Positions 1 through 12,039 of a stretch of 64,000 nt of DNA are shown one piece after another. How positions within the stretch are numbered: position 1 is the first letter of the stretch; every line of letters starts with the position of its first letter. The DNA is taken from assembly GCA_043228905.1 (NCBI GenBank), contig JBHGNT010000002.1, forward strand, positions 15,252,001 to 15,316,000, read 5' to 3'. Both the position numbers and the translations under genes were made by a program. The DNA is from Azolla caroliniana. Its lineage: Eukaryota > Plantae > Polypodiophyta. The notes beneath the pieces are model-generated. The model did no database searches and was not told the origin of the DNA. It saw only the letters and a program-made list of their open reading frames with translations.

Positions 1-516
1 TGAGAGCCGACAGAGAAACTGGATGGAACTTGAAGGTGGTCCGAACGGACAATGGCAATGAATACAGAGGGAAGTTCGAAGAGAACTGTCGGTAAAAGGG
101 AATCCGGCTTGAATATACCGTACCGAAGACGCCAATGTTGAACGGGCTAGCCGAAACAATGAACCAGACCATCATGGAAAGAGTTGCCTCTTTAATATTC
201 TCAAAAGTTGTTTATGATAAAATATTTGTACTTAAATTCTTTATTCCTTTTACATTAAATGATGTTTGGGGAAATCGTGATGCTTGTAATGGTGATTTAA
301 GATGCACTTTAATATTGAATTGAAAATTAAAAGTTATATTGGAACTAACTAGGCATATTATTGAATGGTCAACTTGGAATACATGAAATTCATGACGATA
401 TTGCCATGCATGCCTTCGGAGCTTTACTTCCATGATCGTGTCACGATGAAATTAAAATATCATTTCGTGCTCACAAAAGTAAGCATGGCATACAATTAAA
501 CTAAGCTTCTACATGC

Positions 517-528
517 TCTATTTAAAGC
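517..528 (+). promoter_or_regulatory. Putative TATA box of the dirigent gene (also near 16214, 40589, 47561)
   Basis: CTATTTAAAG about 95 bp upstream of the ATG, identical in all four copies. Confidence 0.5.
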
Positions 529-613
529 TAGCCAAATCCTTGCAAAGGTCATTTCATATCTCTCTTGAAAACCTCATCATCAGTACTTAGAATTCATCTC
601 AATACTTATAGCA

Positions 614-1165
614 ATGGCGTCTAGATATAACGTTTCCTACATGAAGATGATGGTACTCATGGTGCTTCTAATGGCGGCATGTGTTGCAGCAAAAAAGAAG
701 GTGGTATTGAAGTACTACACACAACAACAACTTGGGGTGAATGAGTTTGGGATGGTCTCAGCAGCTGTTCCTCCGGCCAAAGGCACATTCACTGGTGTTG
801 GCCTTCAAGTGGTTTATAACTACACATTGACCAAGACAGGAAACCCAACATCCCAAGTTTTGGGCGTCATTCGCGGCACCTCTGTGGTGACCTCCAACAC
901 TGTCAATGCCACCATTTTTGTTGTCAACACTGTTGTGCATTACGTTAATCCCAAGAAAGGGGGTCTCAAGGGCACTTTCACCACACAAGGTGAGGCCGAC
1001 TTTGGTAGTGGACAACCCTTCGAATTAGCCGTGACAGGTGGCACTGGTGACTTTCGTGGCGTCTATGGCTACACTATCGCCAGCAACTTCAATTTTACGC
1101 CACCTACTGGCAACTCAACTACCAAGGTCACAAAATTCTATCAAACTCGCCTTTGGTGGCTCTAA
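614..1165 (+). CDS. Secreted dirigent-like protein, copy A (183 aa)
   Basis: Intact ORF with hydrophobic signal peptide (MKMMVLMVLLMAACVAA), beta-rich body, dirigent-type motif ELAVTGGTGDFRGVYGY and N-glycosylation sequons N69, N98, N160, N167. Carries the private change A170T. Confidence 0.85.
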   Translation: MASRYNVSYMKMMVLMVLLMAACVAAKKKVVLKYYTQQQLGVNEFGMVSAAVPPAKGTFTGVGLQVVYNYTLTKTGNPTSQVLGVIRGTSVVTSNTVNATIFVVNTVVHYVNPKKGGLKGTFTTQGEADFGSGQPFELAVTGGTGDFRGVYGYTIASNFNFTPPTGNSTTKVTKFYQTRLWWL

Positions 1166-1305
1166 ATTATAGATGCTTGAATTATCTTCCTCATTTCTAG
1201 GATTGATAAAAAAAATACATGGCTTTAGGCAACTCAACTGCCAAGGTCACAAAATTCTATCAAACTCGCCTTTGGTGGCTCTAAATTATAGATGCTCTAA
1301 ATTCT

Positions 1306-4300
1306 ATGAGCACACGGACTCCCTCGCTCATACACACAACACGACAGGAATACACCGAAGACAAGACACGAGAAATCCAAAACACATGGAGAGACTCAAC
1401 GAATTAACGATGAAAAGAAGAAACGGGAAGAGATTCCAACTGGCCGTGGCCGGCAAAAGAGCTTCGAGCTGACTATAAACACACACAGACACTAACTATA
1501 AACACCCAGTCACCTTGCTCGATCTTCTTTGGCCAAAACCTGTGTGTCCGGTCGAACCGGCCCTTGTTCTTCTTCCGCGCCGCCTCCAGATTTGCCTTTG
1601 CTCGTTCCACATCCTCCGGCCTCCGCTCGAGTTGCCGAATCGTTGCCTAGTCGACCTCTATCCACGACGAGATTGTCGACCGCCGTCCAGATGGGGAATC
1701 TCGTGCCAGCCTTGTCGTCATGATTTATCACCCATCCGATTCTGGTCGGGCTCGTGTCCACCGTCATGAAAACCAGAGTGCCCTTCTTGTACGCCACTTT
1801 CTGGAGAGCCGGTGCCGCCGTTAGCTTTTCCTTCAGTCTCCGAATCGCCTCCATGTGCTCGTTGTTCCATTTGAATTTCTAACCTTTCTTTAGCAAGCAA
1901 TAGAGCGGCTCGACAATATGTGCGTAGTGCAGAATCCAAATGTGGTAGAAGGTGCACGTCCCTAGGAACCGTTGGACTTCTGTGACCAACCAATACTCTT
2001 CCTTCATCGCCGAGAAGGCCTCTACCTTCGGCAGAGACAGTCTCCAGCCATATGGCCCGCATAGGTCATTGACTACCAGGATCTCTGATTTTCTGAAAGC
2101 CCACTTCTGCCCGGAGAAGGTAAGTCGAGCGCCCTCAAGGCTCTACAATATCTTCTCGCAGTCGGAGATGTGGTCGACGAAAAATCCCAGGCATCCGTCC
2201 GCCACGATCGACTCATCTTTCACATCCTCCGAACATCCCTTGATTGGGATGTCATCCATAAATGGCAGGGTGATGTTCGGGATGCATTCCCTCAACACCT
2301 TGTTCATCGCATTCACCATGTGCGCCACCGAATTGGTTCTCCCTTGCAGTAGGGTTTGCATTGTCATGATGTCTCTACTCTCCACGGCTAGCTGGAACTG
2401 GTCATACCCAGAGTATAAGTCGCTGACCAAGTAGATAGACCTTCCAGCGAAGGCCCCCGCAAACTCGTCGATCGTCGGACCGACTCCTTAATTTCGAATG
2501 GTCACCTTGTTGACCTGATGCATGTCCTTAATAAAGCACAGTGTGTTGTTCTCTTCGGCACTGTAAACCACTTATTTGAGTATGGGGCTCATGACGGCTA
2601 AAGGATACCCATATTGACCTTCTCCTTGAGCACCTCCATCAACTTTGGGATGTGAGCTCTCGGTACCGGAATCGGTTTGAGGTTCCACAGTACATGCGAC
2701 ACTGTGAAGATCACCATCGGTTCTACGATTTTCGGGTCGACGCATCCGATCTCCCCCTACGAGAACATTGTCGCATTGTTATGCGCGTGCGTGGGGAACG
2801 AGGCGGAACCACGGGGGCCTTGGACTGAGAAATAACCGAATGAGAAGAGGGGAAGGAAACTACCGATGTACTTCACACGCGCACAGGCACACAGATTCAC
2901 AGGAGTTGCAACTAACTCTGAACAATGGAGATAGAACGATAGTATATGTATATATAAATCAAGGGGTTACAACCGGCATGCCGGCGAGTGGTAGGCTCCG
3001 ACGCCTACACACACACACACAGAACGCGAGATGGAGACTTTGCTGGAAGCACTCGGGCGTTCCGCAAAGCAGAGTCAACCTCCCGAAAACCTGCACAGAA
3101 TGACTATGGAGACGACAGAGGAGAAGAGCTAGGTTTCAGTCTGACAACACTTCGTCCTCCACAAAACGTGATCCCCTCTTTACAATACCTCTCCCTCTCT
3201 TTTATAGCCCAAGGATGGAGGCCGTTACCACCCGTTACATCATATTTATTCCCTGTCCTTTCGAACAGAGATACGCCTCGATTTTCTCCCTAATGAATGC
3301 GTGCTACCTAGGATTTCACCTCAACCGACTTGTCCCTATCTACCTACTATACAACAAAACTTGTGCCCACATGTAAGGGCCGGTTTACGCACGTTATACT
3401 CGGTTTCCACCTAGGGACGGTTTTCTCCACGACAACACGAAGGCTTTCCGATGCCTCTCGAGCATCCTCTGAAACCGGTCCAACTCTGTCGGCAGTAGGA
3501 AGCCAACCCCATCGATCTTCAGCTCCAGTAGTGTCTTGTCGGTGAACCAGTGCCCTATGCCAGCCAGATCTCGTAAACTCGGGTCCGTCGCGACCCTTTT
3601 CATCCATTCCGAGTTGTCCTCCGGTAAGAGAGCCACCACTGGCCTCACCTTCCAGTCCACAATCTTGTACTTTGTGTCTACTCGGGCGTTCCAATCCGAC
3701 CAGATCATCTTCCCGAAGTTCGCCATGACTTCGTACATCTCGACGGAATTTAGCGGAACGACCCGGTCTTCGCTAACATCCTCCTCGACTACCCTCTTGA
3801 TCTCCCCAAGGGTGTCATCGAAGGAGACCGCCTCCACGACACTGCTATTCGAGTCGTCAAGGTCCAAGGCTCCACATGCCTTCAGACGCCTTTCAACTTG
3901 CTTCTTCTCCCGGCCACCAATGCCGGCTATAGTAGAACCTCCAATTCCAGAGAGCCAAAATTTAATACTTATGGTACATGTGTGGGGTTTCCTCCGGTTT
4001 TCCGGACTATCGTGGCCCCATGCCTTGATAGTGCTCTTTAAAGATCCTCTCAGCTCTCGCCGCCGAGAGAATCTCGGTTTTGTTCATGATTCGGCCTTAT
4101 TGTTAAGAAGTGGATGGAGTTCTTACCGTCCTAACTCTTTACCCTCAAATATGTCAAACCATTGTCCAACACCTTCATTTCCATCCAAGCCATCGTAATG
4201 TAAGGTTCGCCAAGAATTACCGGGTGGAAGCATGTCTCCTACACGAAGAAATGTTGGTCTATTTCGACGTCACCGACCTTCACCTTGATGTTCGGGCACA

Positions 4301-4566
4301 GACCATGAACCTCTTCGGTAGCGGGGGTTATTGTGCGTATCTTCCAAGCATGCTTCGTGTTGATCGGCCACTTCCCCTTTTTTATAGAAGTCCATCGACA
4401 TTAGATTGATTTCCGATCCGTGGTCGATCAACACCACCACCGGCTCCTTCACATCCCCGATCTGGACTAGGGTCTTTGTCGTCACTCTGGCCCAGTGTAG
4501 GATCATATAGTGGCTATCTGGAAACTCCTCTTCCGTCGCCACCTCTTCGATGTGGGCCACATTCAC
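1306..4566 (-). mobile_element. Degenerate Ty3/gypsy Gy1 pol fragment (protease, RT, RNase H); copies at 23877-25159 and 56137-59384
   Basis: Protease VLIDHGSEINLM; RT DLYSGYDQF...FMDDIPIKG; RNase H start VDTSP; stops and frameshifts. Confidence 0.85.
2769..3434. mobile_element. Solo-LTR-like insertion interrupting Gy1 pol (copy at ~57588-58253)
   Basis: TGTCG...CGACA ends; splits the KAFAFS/GEIGCVDP reading; non-coding interior. Confidence 0.5.
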
Positions 4567-5078
4567 TGTTGTCCATGGGACAAAAAGAGCACTAGTTGCA
4601 CCAGTTGCAAACCGAGCACACCGCCGCCAAAGAACAACATCAGGATGCTTGGCGACAGGACAAGGATGAAACTGTAGCTCAGCTCACCACACGCGATGAG
4701 CAAACAATCACGCTCATCACCAAAAAAGCGAAAGATAATCAAGCTACTTTAGCACTCCTTGTCCGCAAAAGCCAAGCAGAAGCCAAGGCCGCACAGGAGG
4801 CAATGGAAGTTCACCGCGCTAGCATCGGCATGGACGATACTAAAATCAACATCCTAATCAACAAGTATCGCCAGCAATTCACCACAAAGATCAAAGACAC
4901 CGTTGACCGTGTTTGGCAGGGGTGGTCAGCCCAAGCTGTGGACCTACACATACTACACGCAGATGCCGAGAACCGACGGAAGGAAGGGCCAAGGGTTTTA
5001 CAAGATGGATGACACCAGCATCCAGACTATTGAGAAGCAAGCTCAACATGGTATGTGATGCTTATTGGGAAATAAACT

Positions 5079-5257
5079 ATAGTAGCTATTTAGCTACTTC
5101 TGAACATAAAGTAGAAACAGCTAATTAGCTAGTAGCAGCTAATTAGCTACTGACAGCTATTTAGCGACTGATAGCTAATTAGCTACTGACAGCTATTTAG
5201 CGACTGACAGCTAATTAGCTACTGACAGCTATTTAGCGATTGACAGCTAATTAGCTG
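5079..5257. repeat. 18/36-bp tandem array with palindromic AGCTAATTAGCT cores in the copia LTR U3 (also ~9528-9648, ~26959-27080, ~59896-60074)
   Basis: Repeats of AGCTAATTAGCTACTGACAGCTATTTAGCGACTGAC. Confidence 0.9.
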
Positions 5258-5563
5258 CATACGTAAGTAACTTATTACTTAGGTAGAAAGTAAGAGAGTA
5301 GGTAAGTAAGAAATACAGGAAGTAGAACTCAGAGAGAGAGAGTGAGGAAAGAGAGGAAGAACTCAGAGAGTGAGAGAAAAAGAGAAAAACAGACGAGAGC
5401 AAGTAGAGCTCCACGTGTAATGAAATAAAAGAAGTTTTGGCTGCTATAGAGGTAAGTCTCCTTCCCTCTTCCCTTCTGTGTTTGAGCACTAAACGATCTA
5501 GCACACCACGATCCGCCGCGCACATAAGAAGAGCCCGAGTGCCTTCTTCACGTTTTCTTAACA

Positions 5564-5575
5564 TGGTATCAGAGC
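5564..5575 (+). other. Copia PBS for tRNA-iMet (also 60381-60392)
   Basis: TGGTATCAGAGC immediately after the 5' LTR. Confidence 0.95.
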
Positions 5576-8500
5576 AGAGTTGCTCATAAAGAAGAGTATA
5601 GAAGTGCATAGATCTGAGAAAGGTATTTCTCTGTTTGCTTATCTGAATCAGAAAGGTACTTGTTGAAGTAATCGTAGCAGAAACCCTAGTTTGGAAGAGA
5701 TAATGGCTGCAGAGAATGCGGGCCAAATAGTTACAGAGAAACTAGATAAAAACAATTTCCCGGCGTGGAAATTTAGAATGACAAATTTCCTAATGGGGAA
5801 AGGATACTAGGATTACATTGAAGGAGACCTAGACGAGGCTCCGGAGATCCCAGAAGAAAATGTCACAGCACCACAGATTAAAGCATTCAAAGACTGGAAT
5901 CAAGGGGCAAGGAAGGTAATGCATTGGCTCTCACTTAGCATCTCAAATTCGATGCTTGGGCACATACAGGATGTTATGCTCCCAAAAGAAGCTTGGGACA
6001 ATTTGGTAAAACTGTTTGCAGTAAACACAAAAGCTAGAAAGCTACAGTTGAAGACTAAGCTAAATACCTTAGAAAAAGGTAAGATGTCAATAAATGAGTA
6101 TGCCTTGAAAATAAAGAGCATATGTGAATCACTTGCTTCTATCAATGTAAAGATAGAAGATGATGATAAGGTAGAAATATGCTTGAGAGGCTTAGGACCT
6201 CAATACAAAAGCTTTAAAACCTCTATGCTTACAAGGGATAGTATCCCAAGCTTTCCAGATCTGGTCTCAATGCTTGTAGTAGAAGAAAGGAATGAGATGG
6301 ATGATGTAAATAAAGGAAATCTTGAGAATGAGGGGCAAGCCCTATATAATAGTGCTGGAAGAGGCCGAGGAAGAGGCCATGGAAGATTTGGCTCAGCAAG
6401 AACCAACAATAATGGTTATCAAGGAAGAGGACAACAAACCATTAGACGAAGAAACAACAACAGAGTGAGGGGGAGCAACCGAGGTAGAGGTAAGCAAACA
6501 TATGTAAATGATGATGGTTGTTGGTATTGTGGAAAACCAGGCCACACACAGGCTGAATGTTACAAGAAGCAAAATGATGAGCAAAGAGGAAAGAGATAGC
6601 AGAATAACTATGCCCAAACTAGTGAAGATTGTGAAAAAGATGGTGCATTTGTGGTACAACATGAGATAGCAGCAGTGGCTGAAAGCTCACAGAAATGTAA
6701 TGAAGAGTTTACATGGTATGTAGACTCGGGGGCATCTAACCATATGACTGGACATGCAAACTGGTTTGAAAGGTTAAGAGAACTAGAGATTCCTGGCTAT
6801 GTACAGACGGGTGATAATAGTACACACCAAATAGAACATGTTGGAGATATCCCATTGTGGGAAGAAAAAGTAAAGACTAAGTATATGTTGAATGTAATGC
6901 ATGTTCCAAATCTTGCTAAGAATCTTATTTCTATTGGATAGATAGTAGAGCAAGGTATGCAAGTAAAGTTTAAGCAAAGTGGATGCTATATAGAAAAAAA
7001 TGGGAAGCTCATTGCAAAAGGAAAACGACAAGGAAGAATGTTTATTTTGGATGTTGACATGCCTAGACAGATTTCAGCTATGTTTGCAAATGGAATGAGT
7101 GTAGTCTCAGATGTGGAAATGTGCCATAAAAGGATTGGCCACATAAGTATGCAAACCCTAAAGAATATGTTGAGAAAAGATGCAGTGGCTGGACTGCCAA
7201 AACTGAAAAATTGTGAAATGGGAAAGATATGTGAAGCATGTCAATATGGAAAGCAAAATAGGTTGCCATTCCCTCATGAAAGACATGTAAGTAAAAATTT
7301 GTTGGATTTGGTACATACGGATGTATGGGGACCAACTAATAATGCATCTATCGGTGGCTGCAGATTTTATGTAACTTTTATTGATGATTGCTGGTATAGT
7401 CCAAAATAGAATCCAGAGACTGATGAAGACAATGAGATTGAAGATAGAGACAAATCTGAAAATGTAGAAGACAGCCACAGAGATGGAAGCAAGGTTGGAC
7501 AGCAAAGTCCAACATCAACAGAATGTTCTGGACCATCAAAAAGCTCAGATGGTAAATCTGATTCGAATTCTTGGAGTGGAAAAAGTGGAGGACACAAAAA
7601 ATGTGATAATAAAAAAGGAAAACAGAAAATGCCAGAGTATGAAATGTTGGATGACTTGTCTAAAAACATGGAAGATGAGGATTTAGATGTGTCATTGGAT
7701 GATCTTCTTGGTATAAGAGGATTGAAAATCCCTGGTATGGAAAAAGCATTGAAGGATGCAAATCATAAACTGAGAAGATCAAATAGAGAGAAAAAAACTG
7801 TTGACAGATTTGGTTATGATACATATATGGCTATGCATTATGCATATATGTCTAAGGTGGTACAGATCCCTGATCCAAGTAGTTTTGATGAGGCTAAAAC
7901 TAAGAAGAAATGGGTAGATGCAATGCAAGAAGAGATTGATGCATTGGCTGAAAACAGAACATGGGATTTGGTGAAGTTACCAAAAGGAAAAAATCTGGTA
8001 GGTTGCAAATGGGTCTACAAGACAAAGCATGATTCCAGTGGGAATGTAAGTAAACATAAAGCAAGTTAGGTTGCAAAGGGATATGCCCAAATGCAAAGAA
8101 TTGATTATGATGAGACATTTGCACCGATTGCAAAGATGGCAACATTGTGGACATTACTGGCTGTAGGTGTAGCTAGAAGATGGTTTCTTCATCATATGGA
8201 TGTAAAAAATGCCTTTTTACATGGTAACTTGGAAGAAGAAGTGTATATGTGTCAACCACCAGGTTTTGAAGATAGGAAGCATTCAGATTATGTATGTAAG
8301 CTGAAAAAGACTCTCTATGGATTGAAACAGGCACCAAGAACATGGCATAGAGAACTTTCAGATTATTTGAAAAAACTTAACTTCAAAATGTCAAAGGCTG
8401 ATTCATCATTGTATGTTAAAAGGAAAGATGATTGTATTGTTGTGATTCTGATTTATGTTGATGATCTCATCATTGGAGGTGATTTCATGGATGAGATAAG

Positions 8501-9464
8501 TAAGCTGAAAAGAAATTTGGAAATGAAATTTCATAGGAAAGATTTGGGAGATCTGAGATATTTTTTGGGTATTGAAATCATCAGATCTGAAAGTGGTATA
8601 TGTGTGTTGCAAAGACAATATGCAACAACTATGTTGAAAAAGTATGGTATGCTTGGATGCAAACCTATTGGAGTACCACTAGATAAAAACTGCAAATTGA
8701 GGGTTGATTTGGGAGCCAAAATAGAAGATGTAAACATGTACAGGTCTATGGTGGGCAGCCTTATTTATTTGACCATAACAAGACCTAATTTGAGTTATGT
8801 AGTTGGATTAGTACGCCAATTTATGCAACAGCCAACAAAGCCGCATTTGGACTTCATTAGAAGAATTCTGAGGTATGTAAAAGCTACTCAGAACTATGGA
8901 TTGTTTTACAGGGCTAATTTGGACATAAATCTCGAAGGATATATAGATGTTGATTGGGCTGGAAGCCAAACAGATAGAAGATCCACAAGTGCATATATCT
9001 TTACATTGGGAAGTGCAAGTATTTCATGGAGTAGCAAGAAACAGGGTACTATTGCATTGTCTAGTACTAAAGCTGAGTACAGAGGAGTTGCCATAGCCAC
9101 TTGTGAAGAGCTATGGATCAGAAGATTGCTTGCTGATTTGGGAGAGTATATAGACGGTACTATCACAATCTGGTGTGACAACATGAACAACATTCAGCTT
9201 GCAAAAAACCCAGTGTTCCATGCAAGAACAAAGCACATTCAAGTGCATTATCACTTTGTTAGAGAAAAAGTGATTGAAGGAGAAGTTGATCTGGTGTATG
9301 TGAATACAAATCAGCAGGTTGCTGATATTCTCACAAAGGGATTGAGTGTGGAAAAGCATACACACTTTCGGAACATGATGGGAGTTGTAGACACTGATAT
9401 GATGGCTGAAAAGCATCATGGAAAAGAAGTTGTAGATAACCCCAAGAAAGGATACGTTGAGCTT

Positions 9465-9473
9465 GAGGGGGAG
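9465..9473 (+). other. Copia polypurine tract
   Basis: GAGGGGGAG abutting the TG of the 3' LTR. Confidence 0.9.
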
Positions 9474-12039
9474 TGTTCAGAAGCAAGATCAACATGGTAT
9501 GTGATGCTTATTGGAAAATAAGCTATAGGCTAATTAGCTACTGACAGCTATTTAGCGATTGACAGCTAATTAGCTACTGACAGCTATTTAGTGACTGACA
9601 GCTAATTAGCTACTGACAGCTATTTAGTGACTGATAGCTAATTAGCTGCATACGTAAGTAACTTATTACTTAGGTAGAAAGTAAGAGTGTAGGTAAGTAA
9701 GAAATACAGGAAGTAGAACTCTGAGAGAGAGAGTGAGGAAAGAGAGGAAGAACTCAGAGAGTGAGAGAAAAAGAGAAAAACAGACGAGAGCAAGTAGAGC
9801 TCCGCGTGTAATGAAATAGAAGAAGTTTTGGCTGCTACAGAGGTAAGTCTCCTTCCCCCTTCCCTTCTGTGTTTGAGCACTAAACGATCTAGCACACAAC
9901 GATCCACCGCGCACATAAGAAGAGCCCGAGTGCCTTCTTCACGTTTTCTTAACACAGACCCTCTGAGAAGACTTAACAGAGGAATATCATACCTTGGTAG
10001 CATCCCACACCGCGGCCATCGAGCAACTCTTAGAGGAATTCAACGACGATCGAATGGTGTTTCGCTTAGAAGCCAAAGCGTACGAGGAGGAACGACTCGC
10101 TACCAGGATTAACAAAGCTCCCACAACCAACGAGCAAGGACCCGAGCTACCCACTGCGGCAGCTAGATCGGAGGAACCTGCCCCTACAGACCTCCACATC
10201 CCAACCAAGCCACTCAGCACGGCACATAGACCAGAGGAACCTGCCCCTACAGACCTCCACATCCCACCCGAGCCATAGACTACAACCATGACCCTACCTA
10301 AATCGGTCCCAACAGAGGAGGGCCCACACGACGACACTGCCATCCCCGAATCGGCAACGAAACCTCCATCATCAACCCCACCTTCCAAGCCGCCAAACCA
10401 ACCCCATGCCCCCGAGGATATCCTTGGCATATTTGAAGAGGAATAAAACAAACCTATAAGCCCTCGTAGGAAGGGGAAATTTTTGTAATTTGTGTTGTTT
10501 TGCCAAATCCTTGTGAACCGTGGGTCCGGCGGACAAAGTCCTGTCCCACAGGCGTGCCAGGTGTTCTCCATGGGACTAAAAGACAAATTAGTTAAATATA
10601 ATACGCCGGTAGGTAAGGTTAGTATGTGAGGAAGCTAGAGTTTAGGAAAACACTGAGTTTCAAACCTCACAGTCTGCCGACGGCTCGGCTCTATATGAAG
10701 AAAAAGTATGTAAACTGAGGTCTGCATACCTCGACAAGGGGGGAATACCTAGATCATTCTGAGCGAAAGTAATACCATACGAGCAAGCTCTGTACGTACT
10801 ATTTCTGGCTGAGGCCGAGTACTGTAATCACTGTAAGCTTTATCATGGAATATAAGTTTCGTCTTTTCTAAACTTCTATCTGTGTATTCTCCCCGTACTC
10901 GTAAATCGGACTACGTTCATACTTAACGGGTTGTAGCCCGTGTACGATCCTTGTTCTCCTCTCTTTTTCCCCATGTAGAAGAAGCTTCCACGTAACACAA
11001 TCCCTTGACCCCGATAGCTTGTGGGCTCATCGAAGGTGTTTCCCCAGAAACGGTTAACACAATTTGGCACGCCGGTTTATAGCGGTAAGGTCACACCAAA
11101 CTACGTTGGAAGCAAACTCCAGCCACCATTATGGCGCCCCATCGCATCACGTGGTCTCGGCCACCTGCCCGACGCCCTGAGCCAGTCGAAGGAACTTCCG
11201 ACTCAGCGGTCACAATCGTTCTAGGAAGTATCGGAGGCTCACCGGTTGCAATCCTCGCCACCCAATACCGAGTCGCGAGTTGATTCTGCACCAACCTCCC
11301 TGCTGAGCCCCCCAAAGGTCACCCAACTTGACCCTAACCCTTTTCCGGCCTTACCTGAGGAACCGGATCTCGATATCATGCCTTACCCTTACCCATGGTA
11401 TAGCGACGGCTCCGACGCGGAAGCACACACCCGGGCGTTCGTGTCCACATGGCAAGCCAACCACTCGACGCAGAGGTTATCAGCTGCCGAAATCGAGGCC
11501 TCTTCCTTGATGATGTAGAAAACCGAAGAAGAACCAAAAGCCCTCGGATGTCGTGTTTCAAAGCAACTCGGCGTGGTGTAGAACCAATTAAGAAAATATG
11601 GAAATGTGAGCTACACCGCGTAGAAGCCATGGTTGGGATAGTTTCTACATCGGGACCATGGGCCACACCCACATCGAAACCCTTTGACCTCCCGCTTCTT
11701 TTCAAGAGACTTGGATTCTCTCATATAGATTCTCTCACTCACACACAAATAGTTTCTCTTTAATAGTAATTGAATTAATTTTGAACTATAGTAGATGAGG
11801 TGCAATACAAAGTCAAACCCATCTAATTGCCCATTGTATCCCTTATCACTTAGTTCCTCTAGATGAACCTATTTGGTGGACACGATTTCATATAATCCTT
11901 CTAACATCTACTAAGTCATGGCTCTAACCACTAGGCCATTATATATTTATGCCCCCTTTTTCTTCCCCTTGCTTTTCTCATGTATTTTAGACATTTCCTT
12001 ATTGCGTTCCCACCTTCCTCATGCCCACATCATGATACT

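Larger units (their letters stand above)
5028..9954 (+). mobile_element. Ty1/copia LTR retrotransposon, inactive, inserted in the Gy2 extra ORF
   Basis: LTRs 5028-5563 and 9474-9954; TSD CAGAC (5023-5027, 9955-9959); PBS TGGTATCAGAGC; PPT; gag CWYCGKPGHTQAEC, protease WYVDSGAS, RT IYVDD, RNase H; 597-bp in-frame integrase deletion; TAG stops. Confidence 0.97.
4567..11500 (+). mobile_element. Gypsy Gy2: LTR stub, extra ORF split by copia, tRNA-like motif, LTR 10562-11059, PBS, gag start
   Basis: TGTTGTCCATGGGAC LTR start at 4567; ORF resumes after the TSD at 9960; LTR TG...AACA; PBS TGGCACGCC 11065-11073; gag homologous to Gy3 gag. Confidence 0.8.

Noticed and set aside
1173-1472. 99-aa ORF downstream of gene A
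   Set aside because: Chimera across the 3' duplication and a deletion junction; not conserved in other units.
5079-5257. CRISPR-like array
   Set aside because: Contiguous repeats without unique spacers, inside a eukaryotic LTR, with no cas genes.
5247-5726. Hydrophobic 159-aa ORF (also 9638, 27069, 60064)
   Set aside because: Antisense reading of a GA-rich LTR; compositional artefact.
10468-10479. AGGAAGGGGAAA as the Gy2 PPT
   Set aside because: About 80 bp from the LTR, not conserved in the other Gy2 type (AGGAACGAGAAA) or in Gy3.
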